This document shows, piece by piece, positions 1 to 12,800 of a stretch of 64,000 nucleotides of DNA (position 1 is its first letter; each line of letters opens with the position of its first letter). The stretch covers positions 1,488,001 through 1,552,000 of the forward strand of contig LSRY02000012.1 of NCBI GenBank assembly GCA_001643675.2. The letters run 5' to 3'. The notes below the pieces were generated by a model. That model was not told where the DNA came from. It saw only the letters and a list, made by a program, of their open reading frames with translations, and ran no database searches. The DNA is from Monocercomonoides exilis PA203 (Eukaryota; Protista; Preaxostyla). The translations under genes and the position numbers were made by a program.

Positions 1-3000
1 AGCGCTGAATGTCCATTTCGTTCTTTGTGGAATCGGAAGTCAATTCATTTCCGTTTTGAGCTTGTGGCTTCAACAGTGGAGAGGTTGTTTTTGCTGCTTT
101 CGATGCATCTGAAGGCAAAGCAGCCAGCGGAGAGAATGCATTCAAAGGTGGTTCAGCAGACATATCAAAGAACGGTGAACCAGTAAAGGAAGAAATTGGG
201 TCTGTTGGCCACTCAAATGAAGAAGAGGAAGAGAAAAGATAAGGAGACGAGGAAGCTGGCAAGGTAGTTGGGGCGACTGCAGAAGGAGGAGAAGGTGGAG
301 AAGAGAAATCTGGCATCGATAAAGGAGCAAAAATGGAGCTCCACGTACCTTTTAGGTCGTCTGAGTGAGACGGATGGCAGTTACTCTGCTCTTCCATCTT
401 TACAATTGAAATTAGAGGACTTGTGTTTCTTTGGGACGTATCTTCAGCTACGCTCCACAATTTTGTGCTTTCTGAAGGAAGCGACTGAGTTGATTCCGGA
501 GAGAGATTAGCAATGGCCTGGGAAAATGCACTCAATGGTGATTGGATGGAAGAGTTTGAGTGGATCTCTTGTGAAGCTGCGGGTGTGTTGTTGATATCAG
601 TCGACTCTCCTTCTGACGCAGCTTTCAAAGACGATGAAAGCGAGGGAGGAAGATTTGAAGATGAATTGTCTGTGTTTTCAGTCTTATTCGCGTTTTTCTT
701 CTTTGAACGAGGAACAAACTCGACTGGTTTGAAAGACAGTTTTGATGTCAGCTCAGCCAGTGGAGATGAGCTGGGAAGCTTAAGAGTCTTTGAGGATGAA
801 TTTTGATTCGGTTTGGAAGTGCTTGTGTTTGCGTTCGTGCTTGTTTCAGAGAAAGCAACGGAAGAGTTGATGGTTGCTGAAGAATGATTGCTAGCATTGT
901 CTGGCAACGAGGTCAGCGGAGGAGAATTGAAGCTGAACGATTCTTTGGAAAATGGAAGATTGTCAGAGGCAAATTGATGAAACTCTTCATCTTGTCTCTT
1001 CATGTAGTCTATTGATCCTTGACTGACATTGAAATTTGTACCATGTTCAGGACTCCGATAATTCATTGAGCTATTTCTTTTATTCATCCTTGCTTGTTTA
1101 AAAGGTAAAGTCTGATATGCCTCATCATTTGTCTGCTGCTGCTGCTGTGATTTCAATGGAGAGCAATATGCTTCGCCCCCAGCATTGTCTTGTCTTTCTT
1201 TCCTTGTTTTAATGTTCTCTTTGAAGTTGGCTATTTGTGCCATCATTTCCCGTTCGAATATCTGCTTAAACTTGGCAAACGGTGACAGTTCAGCTTTTGA
1301 CTGTGTGTCGCCTTGTTCCATTCTGCTTTTGTCGTCTTCTTCAATTTTTTCTCCTTTTGTTCCAAACGGCATGCTCAAAGAATTATTCGCTGTAGATTGA
1401 GGACGTTTTTCAAGTGGGTTTGTGCTTGGTTCCTGCAATGAAAGAGTAGGCACTTTGGAATCAAAAGGATTAATTCTGTTGCTTTCTGTTTGTCGTGTGT
1501 TGTTTTTCTCGCGCTGGAGAAAAGAATAAGGATTGCCTGGATTTTTTGTGTAAGATCGATGAGAACCCCATCTTTTCCCTGCAAATTGAAAACTGTAGTT
1601 AGAGCTTCCTTGTGGTTGTTCCGCATTGTTGAATGGAGCAGTTGTTTTAAAGCTGCCAGAGTTCATTCTTTGTTCATCTGATGAAGATGCTGAAGCGAAA
1701 GGATATGAAACAGATTTCTGCACAGGAAGAACATAAGATCCACTTTCATATCCTTGTGCTTGATTGTACTGCTGTGTGCGAGAAAACAATGAAACTGAGT
1801 TTTGGGCAGGTTGTGTTTTGTGCAACGGATCGTGACTTGTCTGAGGAAAAGCAGAGAAACGAAATGATTTCATTCTTTGTGTAAGTTTCTCATTCCATTC
1901 GTTGATGTTGTTTTGGTAGGCTGCGCCTGTCAAATGGTTTGTTTCGATATTTACTGCAAACTTCTCAGGCGAATCTGATTTTTCAGAAGTTGATGAAAAC
2001 TGACCAGAAGGTGTGACAGACGTAACCTCATTCAGAACAGCAGAAGGAAGATGGAAATCTTTGAATTCTGCTATTGTATCATCATCTGGAGGTGGTGGTA
2101 AAGACGGTAAGGGAGAATCCGGTGCTTCTGTATTTGAGACTAACTTTGGTGATGGTGGTTCAATTTGATCAAGTTTCTCCTTCTCTTCTTTCTCTACAAG
2201 TTCTGTTTCTGTTTTGTTTTCATCTTTTTTCAAATCAACTTTCAGGGCATTATCATCCTTTTCAATAGCTGAGTTTTCTTTTTGTTTGGGGTTATTATTA
2301 GAAGTATTGTCACTCTTTTCATTTTTTATATCAGGTAGCTTTGAAAGTTCTTCTGTTTGTTCAGGCTGTTCGTTCTTCTTGATATCTTCAGCCTCGTGTG
2401 TTTCTGTTTGTTTCTTCTTTTTCTTTTTCTTTTTCTTCTTTTCCGTCAAGAGTTCTTCATCAAGTTTAAGGTCGTCAGCCAACTCGTCGATGGTTTTCTT
2501 TTTCTGCTCTTTTTTCTGCTTGTACTTTTCCATTTTTTCTCTCATTATTTCTCGTTCCTTCAGCAACAGAAATATAAGATCAACAAGCTTTTCCTTTTCG
2601 TCATCTGTTTCTGCATTTTGTTTTGTCACAGCAGATGCGTTTTTACTTCCAGACTTTCCAACTCCTTTTTTTCTTCGTTGTTTCTTCTTTTCGCTTTCGT
2701 CATTCAAAAAATCGTTTATGAGTTCATCAAGCCTGAATGAAAGATTTTCAACGGTCGAAGATGTTTCTGAAAAAAGTGAAGAAAACGAAGAAACACTGTC
2801 TTTATCATCCTCCGTATTCTTTTTCTTTTTTCTCTCAGCTTTGTTATTTGTTCTTGTATTTTGTTTTGGCATTGATATTTCCTCGGTAGAAATATCGCTT
2901 CTTTTTCCTTTCTCGCAAACTTCTGCATGTGCAGATGATAGAGACAATGATTGATGCTCATTATCAAAATTTTGAGGAATAATTTTCGAGGAGAGTAATT

Positions 3001-3511
3001 CACTATGAATTTGAGAAGCTTTTATTTGCTTCGATTGTTCGTGGCTTTTATCCATCTCAATGCTGTTTTGTGAAAAGATCCTTTTGGGAGTAGTATTTCC
3101 TTCCTTTTGCTTTCTAAAAAGTGGAGAATCGAAATCTTTATCACTTGATTGAGAAACTTGTTCAGAAAGATGTTTTTGAAGCAATTCATCTTCTGGTAGA
3201 GAAGGAATAGATGCATCCATTTGCAGAGAGTTGTCAGTCAGTTTTTTTGTGCTTGAAATTTTCTGAGTTTTTCCTGCTTCAGTAATCGAAGAATTCTTTG
3301 TTTCTTGCGTTTTCAAAGGAGAATCTTCATCATTAATACTTTTGTATTGCATTGAAGCAGCATTGGTACATGTATGATTCAAATTTAAATCATGATGAAC
3401 GCTGCTTGATTCAACAAAGTCATTGGAAGAATCAATACTGGATTGCTTGCAATTAAAGGATGAATCCATGTTCTCTACTTTAACAGATGGATGTCGATCA
3501 TCTTCGCTCAT
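1..3511 (-). CDS. Hypothetical low-complexity (Ser/Lys/Glu-rich) protein, >1,170 aa, 3' end outside the window
   Basis: ATG at 3511 (MSEDDRHPSVKVENMDSS...). The same minus frame is coding-like where checked at 2950-2210 (EELLTEKKKK...) and 806-513 (PVEFVPRSKKKNANK...). No stop is reached, which would explain its absence from the ORF track. Intervening stretches were not all read codon by codon. Confidence 0.75.
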   Translation of the reverse strand, partial: MSEDDRHPSVKVENMDSSFNCKQSSIDSSNDFVESSSVHHDLNLNHTCTNAASMQYKSINDEDSPLKTQETKNSSITEAGKTQKISSTKKLTDNSLQMDASIPSLPEDELLQKHLSEQVSQSSDKDFDSPLFRKQKEGNTTPKRIFSQNSIEMDKSHEQSKQIKASQIHSELLSSKIIPQNFDNEHQSLSLSSAHAEVCEKGKRSDISTEEISMPKQNTRTNNKAERKKKKNTEDDKDSVSSFSSLFSETSSTVENLSFRLDELINDFLNDESEKKKQRRKKGVGKSGSKNASAVTKQNAETDDEKEKLVDLIFLLLKEREIMREKMEKYKQKKEQKKKTIDELADDLKLDEELLTEKKKKKKKKKKQTETHEAEDIKKNEQPEQTEELSKLPDIKNEKSDNTSNNNPKQKENSAIEKDDNALKVDLKKDENKTETELVEKEEKEKLDQIEPPSPKLVSNTEAPDSPLPSLPPPPDDDTIAEFKDFHLPSAVLNEVTSVTPSGQFSSTSEKSDSPEKFAVNIETNHLTGAAYQNNINEWNEKLTQRMKSFRFSAFPQTSHDPLHKTQPAQNSVSLFSRTQQYNQAQGYESGSYVLPVQKSVSYPFASASSSDEQRMNSGSFKTTAPFNNAEQPQGSSNYSFQFAGKRWGSHRSYTKNPGNPYSFLQREKNNTRQTESNRINPFDSKVPTLSLQEPSTNPLEKRPQSTANNSLSMPFGTKGEKIEEDDKSRMEQGDTQSKAELSPFAKFKQIFEREMMAQIANFKENIKTRKERQDNAGGEAYCSPLKSQQQQQTNDEAYQTLPFKQARMNKRNSSMNYRSPEHGTNFNVSQGSIDYMKRQDEEFHQFASDNLPFSKESFSFNSPPLTSLPDNASNHSSATINSSVAFSETSTNANTSTSKPNQNSSSKTLKLPSSSPLAELTSKLSFKPVEFVPRSKKKNANKTENTDNSSSNLPPSLSSSLKAASEGESTDINNTPAASQEIHSNSSIQSPLSAFSQAIANLSPESTQSLPSESTKLWSVAEDTSQRNTSPLISIVKMEEQSNCHPSHSDDLKGTWSSIFAPLSMPDFSSPPSPPSAVAPTTLPASSSPYLFSSSSSFEWPTDPISSFTGSPFFDMSAEPPLNAFSPLAALPSDASKAAKTTSPLLKPQAQNGNELTSDSTKNEMDIQR

Positions 3512-3723
3512 GGCATATACAAATTGTCTTTTTGAAAATTAATTCGATGCAAAAAGCACTTTTTGGAAACAACTGTAATGCAGAATAATGGCTATATTTT
3601 GATCATCTTTATTTTCAAATACAATGTCAAATGCTAAATGAAAATTGCATATCTATTGTAATTATAAAATACATAACTTAAAAAAAACGTGGTTTTTTTT
3701 AAAAAATTACTCCTTAAAATAAT

Positions 3724-6046
3724 TCAAATCTTCTTCGAAAACATACAAAAAGAACAAACAAGAACAGTACATTTTTGAATCTCGTTTAAAATCTGAGCAT
3801 TTGTATCAATAATTGTCGAAGGATCTTTTCCTCTTTTTCTCATTCGTTTAATTTTTCTTTTCCCCGTTAGAAAGTCGTAAAAGCGAGGAAGAATTTCTTC
3901 TCCATCAAAAATTGTACTGTTCACGATTGTGGTTGTATTTGGAAAATTAAAAGATTGCTCAACAGCAAGATGAGGGCATTCATCCTCACAATTGTGAAAA
4001 TCAATGCATTCACCTTGTTCGTAAATGAAATACTGATCGTTTTGATTGTCTTTGAAAGAATGTGATTCTACTGGTGAAGCTTCCATTGAAAAAACATCAT
4101 TTGTGGAAATAACAAATTCTTGATTATCATTTTTAAAGGCCAGTTGCGAGTGTTCTTGAAGAGTTCCTTGATTAGTATTCGGAATACTGAAATTTTCAGA
4201 GAAATTTGAATAAGACAGCAAATGCCTATTTATCGGATAAGGATCGGGACAGGATGCAATTAATAGTTTGTGTAGAAAAAGACTTTTGTCATCTTCTCCA
4301 TAAATATCATTATGCATTGGGCTGTATTGCAATATTCTCTGAGAAAGAGATGTTAAAGGTAAATGTCTTTCAGATATTAATAACTTTTTAATCATCTCAG
4401 TTTCTTCACTGTTCTCAGTATCAATCATATCATTTGAGTGTTGTTTCTCTTCACATGTTTCTTTGTCACTTGCATTAAAAGCGATTGAATTGTATGAAGA
4501 CGTCAGAAACCGTCTGTTATCAGAGACAAGAGAATTCTTTTTGTTGTGAGTGGACAGCTTTTTTGTGACAGTGAGGTATCTATCAAGCTCACTCAAACAG
4601 GAAGTTTCTTGTTCTCTCTTCAACTCTCTCTCTTTCCTTGCAACTTCCATTTTGAGCCTTTCAATTTCTTCTTTCTTTTTATTCTCTTCGGCTTCTTTCA
4701 GCAGAATTCTCAATTCTTCAAATGTGCCTTCTACTTCTTCTCTGTCTTCTTCTCTGTCTCCTTTTGAGCTGAAAAGTTGACTTTCTTCCCTTTGAAATCT
4801 GTCCCTTTTATTCGCCTTTTCTGCGATTTCCCATGCTCTCCTTTCGGATTCATCAACAATCCAATCTTTCTGCACCCATTCCCCAAACAGCTTTCGAAAC
4901 ATTTTTGCTTCTTTAATCTGTTGCTTGACAACAGCTCTGCGATTCTTTGTGAGTTTCAATTTTGGGTCAATGGATGGACTATTCTGATGCTTGTTCTGAA
5001 TATCTATAGTATTAATGTGGCTATCTTCTTTCTCTTTTTGAATTTGACTTTGGTAGTCATCTGTTGATACAATCGCTGAAGATGTCGTAGATGCTATTCC
5101 ACTTAAATAGCTTGCATCTTCCCTCTTCCATTTTTCCAGAAGCAAAATTCGCTTCACTTCTGAAATTGAAGACTGCTTCGTGCCATTCACTTCAACATCC
5201 AAGTCAAAGCAAAAGTTTCTTTTCTTCGTTGGCTGTGGTTGCCACCCCAAAAGATCTGCCGCAAGCTTTTTGTTGAGCGATGCTTCTGATTCTGTTGATG
5301 GTTCTTCGTCTAACGAATCTACTGAAAAAACAGATAAGAATGAACAATTTTAAGAGTCAGATTTTGTGAAAATGATTGAGTGGCTAACCTGATTTTTCTT
5401 CTTGTAGCACATGTGTATCATTTGATATGAATTTTGTGGTTTCTAAGGGTCTAGATTCATTAATTTCGAATCTTGCTTTCTGTTCATTTTCTAAAAGCTC
5501 ACGCCCTATTTTGTGTAATACATAAAAAGAAGTATCTTCTTCAACAGGTCGAATTTCATTGGAAGCATCAAGGTGCATAGACTTTTTTGGATAAGAAGAC
5601 ACAACATGTCGGAGTTCAATACTTGTGTTGAGTTTGTCTTTTTGTTGAGCTTCATTCTTTGGAAAGTGTTCTTTGGATAATAAAGATGTTGATTTCATGG
5701 CTTCTTTATTCCAAATGTGACTATAGTGATTTTCTGAATGTATTTTTGATGCAGAATCATGTTCTAACAATAAATATGGAGTTGAAGAAACTTTTGTGGA
5801 TGAATCATCCACTTTCTTCATTAAAAACGAAAAAGAATTTGATAATCCAGTTTGTCGTGACGTGCTTATCAGAGGATTATATGATTTCATTAATTTTGAA
5901 TTATTTTCATCGGTTTGGATGGAAGAAGGTGAATATGAATTAAAAAATGATGATTGTTGATGAAATGATTTTTGTGAACTTTTGGAAAAACTTGTCGAAG
6001 AACAATTAAAGGAATTAGCATCAAAAATGCTTGTTGGCATTTGCAT
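3724..6046 (-). CDS. Hypothetical protein with a coiled-coil region, at least 2 exons
   Basis: ORFs 6046-5384 and 5250-3724 join in frame through a GT-AG intron at 5388-5322 (TCA G|GTTAG...TTTCAG|TA GAT), giving ...KSVDSLDEEP...LGWQPQP. The 3' end may be further spliced. Confidence 0.7.
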
Positions 6047-6813
6047 TTTGTGAATGATTTTGAAGAAAGAAATAAACTTGTTGACAAAAGTTTTCTTTTG
6101 TTAATGCAAAAGTTTCAAATAAAATGAAAGTAAAAATTATTATTCCAATTAATATTGCAATAATATGAATTTTTTTCTTTGTGCTTTAAATTATCGAAAT
6201 TTAAAGGTCGCAGCCTTCAATCATACAATAACGATTAAGTAAAAAAAAAGATACAAAAAGCTTCATTATGGTTTCTTTGAAAGAAAGATGAAGTGATTAC
6301 AGCAAATACCTGTGATTATACACATCATTAAATGATATATACAAAATGTGATATTGAAGCTGAAGTGAAAATATCGAATGGTTCAAACATATTGAGCGAA
6401 AAAAACTTCCAAAAACAAAAGAAAATGCAAAAGATGTAATTTAACAACGTAAAATGGCCATAAGAAAAAATGTAATACACAAATTAAAAACAAAATGCTT
6501 GAGGGTTGTGAATCCTAAAGAAAATATCTAATTAATTGCAAAATATAAAAACTGGTAATGAAAAATAAACGAATAAAAACAGTATTAGACAACTTAAACA
6601 TTTATCCTTTGAGTTATAAATCGAAAATTTTCGCAATCAAAACAAAATAAAAATGAATTAATGGAAGATAAAAAAAGGATAAGGAAATGAAAAAATACGT
6701 CCAAAATAATGAAAACAAAAAAACAAAATGATCGTGTTGTAAAAAATATACAAATAAATATAATATTTAAATATACAAATTAAACAGCAACTGAAAGATA
6801 AATATCAAAAAAC

Positions 6814-9800
6814 CTACAAAGGACTGCCAGACCGATGTGCAAACGATCCTGTTTCAGAGAAGACGCCCTCGCATCCCATCACTTTTGCCATCTCTCTGAC
6901 GAGGTCGAACCACAGCGGGTGGTACAGGAACCAGTCAGGGAGAGGAGGGTTGGTGGTGGGGAAGGAGCGGGCGTGGGCATCGCACCAGACGATGTGTGAG
7001 GAGAGCATGGCGTGGAAGACAGTGTGGTGGAAGAGCAGCGACCGGATGAAGGGGTCGTTGCGTGTCAGTAGAACAATCGACGAGTCCAGCGGCTCGAGTG
7101 CCTGTACTTTTACAGGAGGCGCCGAAGTGGCAGCAGACGTTGATGGGCCATGCAAACAAGGTGGGTGCGATGCTGCAAATGTTGTGAATGCCCCACTCAC
7201 AGAATGAGCAGAATGAGCAGAATGAGCAGAAGTAACAGAAGTAACAGAATGAACAGAAGGCAGACACAGCGGTGCAGAATACGGTGTTCCTGAGGACGCA
7301 GCAGTTGTAGCATTACAGGCGGGTGCTGCTGCGTCGTCAGTGGATGAACTAAAAAACGCCGCGTCGCCTGTTGGGAGTGAAGGGCTGTGGTTCTGGCTGT
7401 TATGATGACTGTTATGATGACTATTGCATTGACTGTTATTCCGACTACTACTTTGGCTATTGCTCTGACTGTTGCTCTGACTGTTGCTCTGACTGTTGTT
7501 TTGGCTATTGCTCTGACTATGGCTGTAATTGTGTGTGTGACTATAGACATGACTATAGCCATGATCGTGATCGTGATCGTGATCGTGGTTGTGATTGTAG
7601 TTGTGGTTGTGATTGTGATCGAAGCTGTGATCAAAACTGTGTTTGCTGGCGGCGTGTTCCGGCGGAGCAGCCGCCAGAAAAGCCGAAGGTGATGTTGGAT
7701 AGCTTGAGACGGTAGGGATCCTCCTGCTGTTGTCAAACACAGAGTAAGTAAATGAAACTGGCGGGGATGAGCCGCCGTAGGGTGATGTCAAATAAATGCT
7801 TCCAGGGCGATGCTGACAGCATTCGCGGGAAGCGCTTCTTCCACAAAGTGGAAGAAGAATACGATGTCCATCGTTTGGACTGAGAGGCTTTGGCAATACA
7901 GACGCAGTTGGTTCAACAATACCAACTGACTCGCTTCTTCTTTCTCTTTCACTTTTGTTGGGAGTTACACTCACTCTCTCTTTCTCTTTCTCTTTCTTCT
8001 CTTCTTCAACTGACTCCTCATTACTGCAGTTGTCACTTGAATTCTCACTATTATTATTATTATTATCTTCTTCTCCTCCTTCCTCTTCTTCTTCATTCTC
8101 ACCTTTCTCTTCCTCTTCCTCCTCTTCCTCCTCAAACTCATCTGGATTGTGCAGAAACAGATGTGTTGCTAACAAAAACCCTCTCTCCAGAATCTCTTTG
8201 CACTTTGCCAGCTTCTCCACTGTGATGTCAAGTTTCTCAAACAGAGTGCTATTCTCAATCGCCTCGTCTGCTGAGCTGTTCTCCTCCAGTGGCGTGACAT
8301 TGCTGAGTGAATTCTCATAATCTGTCTCGTTTGATGCCCCGCTGTGTGACATCTCCTCATTCACACTCCCCATCTCCTTCCCTCCTTTTCCTGTTTCTTT
8401 CGATACTCCATCCATCTTCGTTGTTTGTTCATCTGAACTGCTTTGAGAGCGCTGTGTCTGAGCAGCTTGACCGAAGCTGTAGAAATCGCTTCGTAGCGAC
8501 TGAGGGCTCTGGATGACCTTCTCTTCGTAGTTCCTGTCACTCGAGCAGTTTGACATGGGTGTCAGCATCGGCGCCTCTTCCACTCCGTCTGATGCTCTGC
8601 TCTGGCTCTGCCCCAAATAGTCGTGCAGGGAGGAGTCCTTCTGTGCGGTAGATGAGTGCGAGAATGGAGTTAATGGAGAATCTGATGGAGATGTCTGCCC
8701 CTTTCGCTCTGGTTGGTGCACATTGAGAGAACTTTGCTGAGAGGCAGAATTGATAGAGCGGATTAACGCAGCTACACATGGACAGATGATGTCTGCTTGA
8801 GTGCTTGTGCTGTAAGAGGTGGAGCTGCCAATAGAGGAAGAGGACTTGAACGTGGCTGAGTCGTTTGATTCCTTGGGAGAAGGCAGAGACATGGAGAAGG
8901 AGGCAGGGGTTGATGACGATTGAGGGGATGCATTCAATGCAGGTGTAGGTGTGTTAACAGATGATGGCACAATTGTGTTAGAGACAGGTGTCGATGAAAA
9001 CGATGAGTTAGGGTTTGTGTAAGACTGAGAAGAGTTTGAAGAGCACGATGCAACAGACGGTGTGAGCGATGTCTGATATGGCGAGGTAGCAGAAGCCTGT
9101 TGGACGTTTTTGTGTTTCTTGAGTACTTGTGCTTTGCTTCGCAGTGCAATCTCTCGGAGTCTCTTTGAAGATGGGACAGAAGCTGGGTGTAAAGCATGTG
9201 CCATGAAAGGCGGGTAGAGCGGAGAGCAGAGAAGGATTTCGAGGCTGAGGGTGACAGGCATTGAGAGCATGCACATCGCTTGGATGGGGTCTGTAAGGGC
9301 AATGGTGTAGAGCCTGCCTGTGATGGAGTGAGGGGGAAGGAAGGGAGTTAAATGGAGAGAGGGCAGTTTGGGAACAGAAGTGGCAGGGGAAGGAGAGGAA
9401 GATGATGGAGTTGTGTAGGATGTATTGTTGGAAGTTGAATGCGATGTGTGTGTTGTGAGTGCTGCTGACAACACAACAGGAGATGCCTGCGATGCATTCG
9501 ATGGAGAGGAAGAGGAAGAAGAAGTTGAAGTGGAAGCAGAAGTCGAAGCAGTTGTAGATGACTTCTTCGTTTTTGCTTTCTCTTTAGCCTTTGCCGGTTC
9601 CTTTGTGGATGAGGCTGAAGAGGAGGAAGGCGATATGGTAGTGTTGTTGTTATTGCTGGTGCTGTTGTCAGTGGCAGCTGAAGATGTCTGCATGTTGCAC
9701 TCCTTTGCCGACGATGCTGCAAATCCAGCTGAATGCTCACTCTTTCTCTCTTCCATCTTCCTGTGCTGATGTTGATGTTGATGCTTATTGTGTTGGAACA

Positions 9801-12800
9801 TCTCAGACTCAAAGCCATCTGAATTAGGCTGACTGCTGTTCTGCTGTTGATCGAGAGGAATGGTGTAGTATGTGTTGTAGGCAGAGAGCGGAGGATAGGG
9901 TGCCTTCTTGTTGAGACGAGAGTGAACAATGAGATGATGTGAGCAATTGCTGTAGAGCGGCTCAGAGGGAGACAGGAAGAGCAAGACAGGCTGACCGAAT
10001 CGATGGAAAGGAGAAGAAAACAGAGTGATTGGAGGAGACAAGGGGGCAGTGGATGAGACAAGCGGAGAAGAAGCGATTGGAACAGAGCTTGTGGCAGAGA
10101 GAGGAGAAGTCGATGTGCAGGTGCTTCCGAAGGTTGGTTGGGGCTGCTTTGCCATTGGCAGCCGGACAACGTGTCTTTGTGCAGCAAACACGAAGGAAGC
10201 ATCTGAGTCGACGATTAAGCAGAGTGGGCGACGAGTGAACGGGATGAGGTCGAGTGGGCAGAGGGTGTTTGGAAGGGAAGAAGGGCGGAGAGGAGGCAGC
10301 ATCTGCTGGGCGAGCGAGAGAGAGACATTCGAAGGGCTCATTTTTGATGACATTCGGCGCATGAATGTGTTGCGCGATGAGGTGTCTGAGAACAAAAGAG
10401 GACCAGCGCTTCTTCCCTGGCTCTTCTTTTTGGCTGTTTCTGCGTTGTGCTCATTGGCTTCTGAGGATCTTTCTCGCTTTGCCGCTTCTGGTTTTCGCTG
10501 AAATTCACCCAGAGACATTGTGGGTGATCTAGTGCGATACGACTTGCTGACAGGCACATTGCCCAGTGAATGTGCAATCGACCTTGGTGGAATTTGTATG
10601 TTCTCTGATTGTGTGCTTTCGCTTTTGATCTGATTGGAAGAAGATGGAGTTGTCTGATCAATGGACTCTCCTTTCGACGAAGATGATTGCTGCTCCTCTG
10701 GTTCGCGTTCTTCGACTTTAACATTCTCAATCTCTGCAGCCTCCATTCCCTTGTTATGTTCTTTGATTTCGTGGTTCTCCTTTCTGTTGTTTCTTCTGGC
10801 CTTCGCTGGAGCATTCAAGTTGCGTGAGTGCAGCTGCAGAGGGAAGTTTGGCACAGGTGCTGTGTAGTTAATAGGTAGTGTCACTGGCCGTGGGAGCATC
10901 TGTTTGTCTGAGCTGACAGACAGCTGCTGAGATAGAGACGTATCTGGTGCTGTTGGCGTGGCGTTGGCAGACAAAGTCAAACGAGAGTGGAAGCTTGTCT
11001 CTTGTGTGGCCATGCGGCGTGAGAGAGCAGACGCCCTCCTCAGTTCATATGACCCTGTTGCATTGGCAGGGGTGCTGGCAGACTGGCTGTGATTGAGCCT
11101 GAAGAGCGTGTTCAGATGGTACGTGTGGTCAGATGGCCTGTCTGTGGCACAGCGCTGCTGGTTCAGATTCTCCGTGTCTGCTGACTGTGTCTCTGAGGAG
11201 CTTGCTTTCTTTCCTTCCTGCTGTCCGTTGTTGTATTCTTGTGATGTCACTCCTTCTGATTCAGGATAGCGTGCACTCACATCTGAATTGTCGGTGCCTT
11301 GCTGTGAAATCGGCTTTTTCAGCTGCGTCTGCTCTTTCCAGCTGAAATCCTCGCCTGACTGGCAGATCATCGGTGGTGATGCATTCACTGCAGAGAAGAC
11401 GATGGGCGAGTAATAAAGTGATGCAGCCATCTGTGAGTGGCCTGAGCTTTTGTTGTTTGTTGGTCTTCGTGAGAGATTGTGGCGGAAGACAGAATACGAA
11501 AACGGAATGAATGATAAGATGCTGGAGCCATTGGCTAGCTTTACCTTCAGTCGAATCGGCCCTATCTTCTTCTGTGCTGTTGACGCATCTTTGTTGCCGT
11601 TCAGATTGAACATTTGGATTGACGACGAAAGAGAGGAAGACGATGAGGAAGAGGCAGAAGCAGACGAGCTGTCAGAAGCAAGTGTTGCATTCACATAGTT
11701 TGCTTTGTGATGAGACTTTTGGGGGTATTTTATGAAATTCTCGGTGTATCCATTGTACTGAAAATGCTGCTGGCCAACGCTGGATGATGTTTGAGAAGAC
11801 ATTGAGTCAAATGACTTGGATTCATTGCTCAGCTCTGTTTGTGCAGTTATTCCATTGAAATGGAGTGGATGATGAACACCATTGTAGTGCTTATGCATTG
11901 GCACGTGCGAGTTGTTCTGCCTCTCTCTTTCTCTCTCTGCCCTCTTCTGGATCAGCGAATGTTTCGGTCTTTGCTCATTTGAGTCCTTTTGTGGATGCAG
12001 AAGCATGCTTCTCCTCTCCTGTTCAATCTCAACAAGTGTCTTTCTTGTTTTGCTGTGGTCAGATGGCTCATAAGAGTCGCTGAGCTCCTTCGGCTGCTTG
12101 CCCATCACAAGTGGCAAGTCCAACTCACGCAGTGTTAGTTTTTTGTTCCGATAACTTCTGCTTCCGCTGCTTTCAACTGAAGCTCTTCCATAATTCATGT
12201 GCTGTTGCTCATCATTTGTCAGTGCAGATTGCAGTGTTCTTTCTTTGTATGTCTCATTCAATCCATTTTGGTGTTTTGTGTCTGCATCGTTCTGCTGCGG
12301 GGTGAGCGTGAATGTGTCCACAAAGTTCTGCATTGCCAGCCGCTGGTTCTCTTCTCTTTGGAGTTTGGCTGTCTGTGAGTTGTCTGACAGCAGTGCTCTT
12401 CTGTCTAAAGATGAGGGTCTGCTGATTTCACTGCCAACTGCAAGTCCTCCGTTGACTGTTTGTGTGTCTGTGATGTTCTGATATCTTGTTGAATATGCAT
12501 ATGCCGTTGGTTGTGGCGCATAGATCCTTGTCTGAGAGGACATGTTAACATCACTTGTGAGTGGCTTCCTTGAAATAGGCAGTCTGAACTGAGAATATTG
12601 CTCTCCAACTCCTCCTCCTTCTGTTCCTTGTGTAATTTGTGGTTGAACAATGCAGTTGTCGTTCCGGCTCAGCCAATCAGATTCTGTTTGTGGTGTGTGC
12701 GAGATATGCTGAGAGTCCACTGATGATGACTGGAGCATGGCCAGAGAAGTGGGAGGTGTGGAGTATGTTGTCAATGTACCCATGGAAGAGCCCCAAAGAT

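Noticed and set aside
3539-3633. Possible extra terminal exon for the 3724-6046 gene
   Set aside because: A plausible acceptor exists, but no donor could be assigned confidently and it would end only ~28 bp from the next start codon.
7400-7630. Periodic repeats superficially like a CRISPR array
   Set aside because: Short in-frame coding microsatellites with no unique spacers, in a eukaryotic gene.
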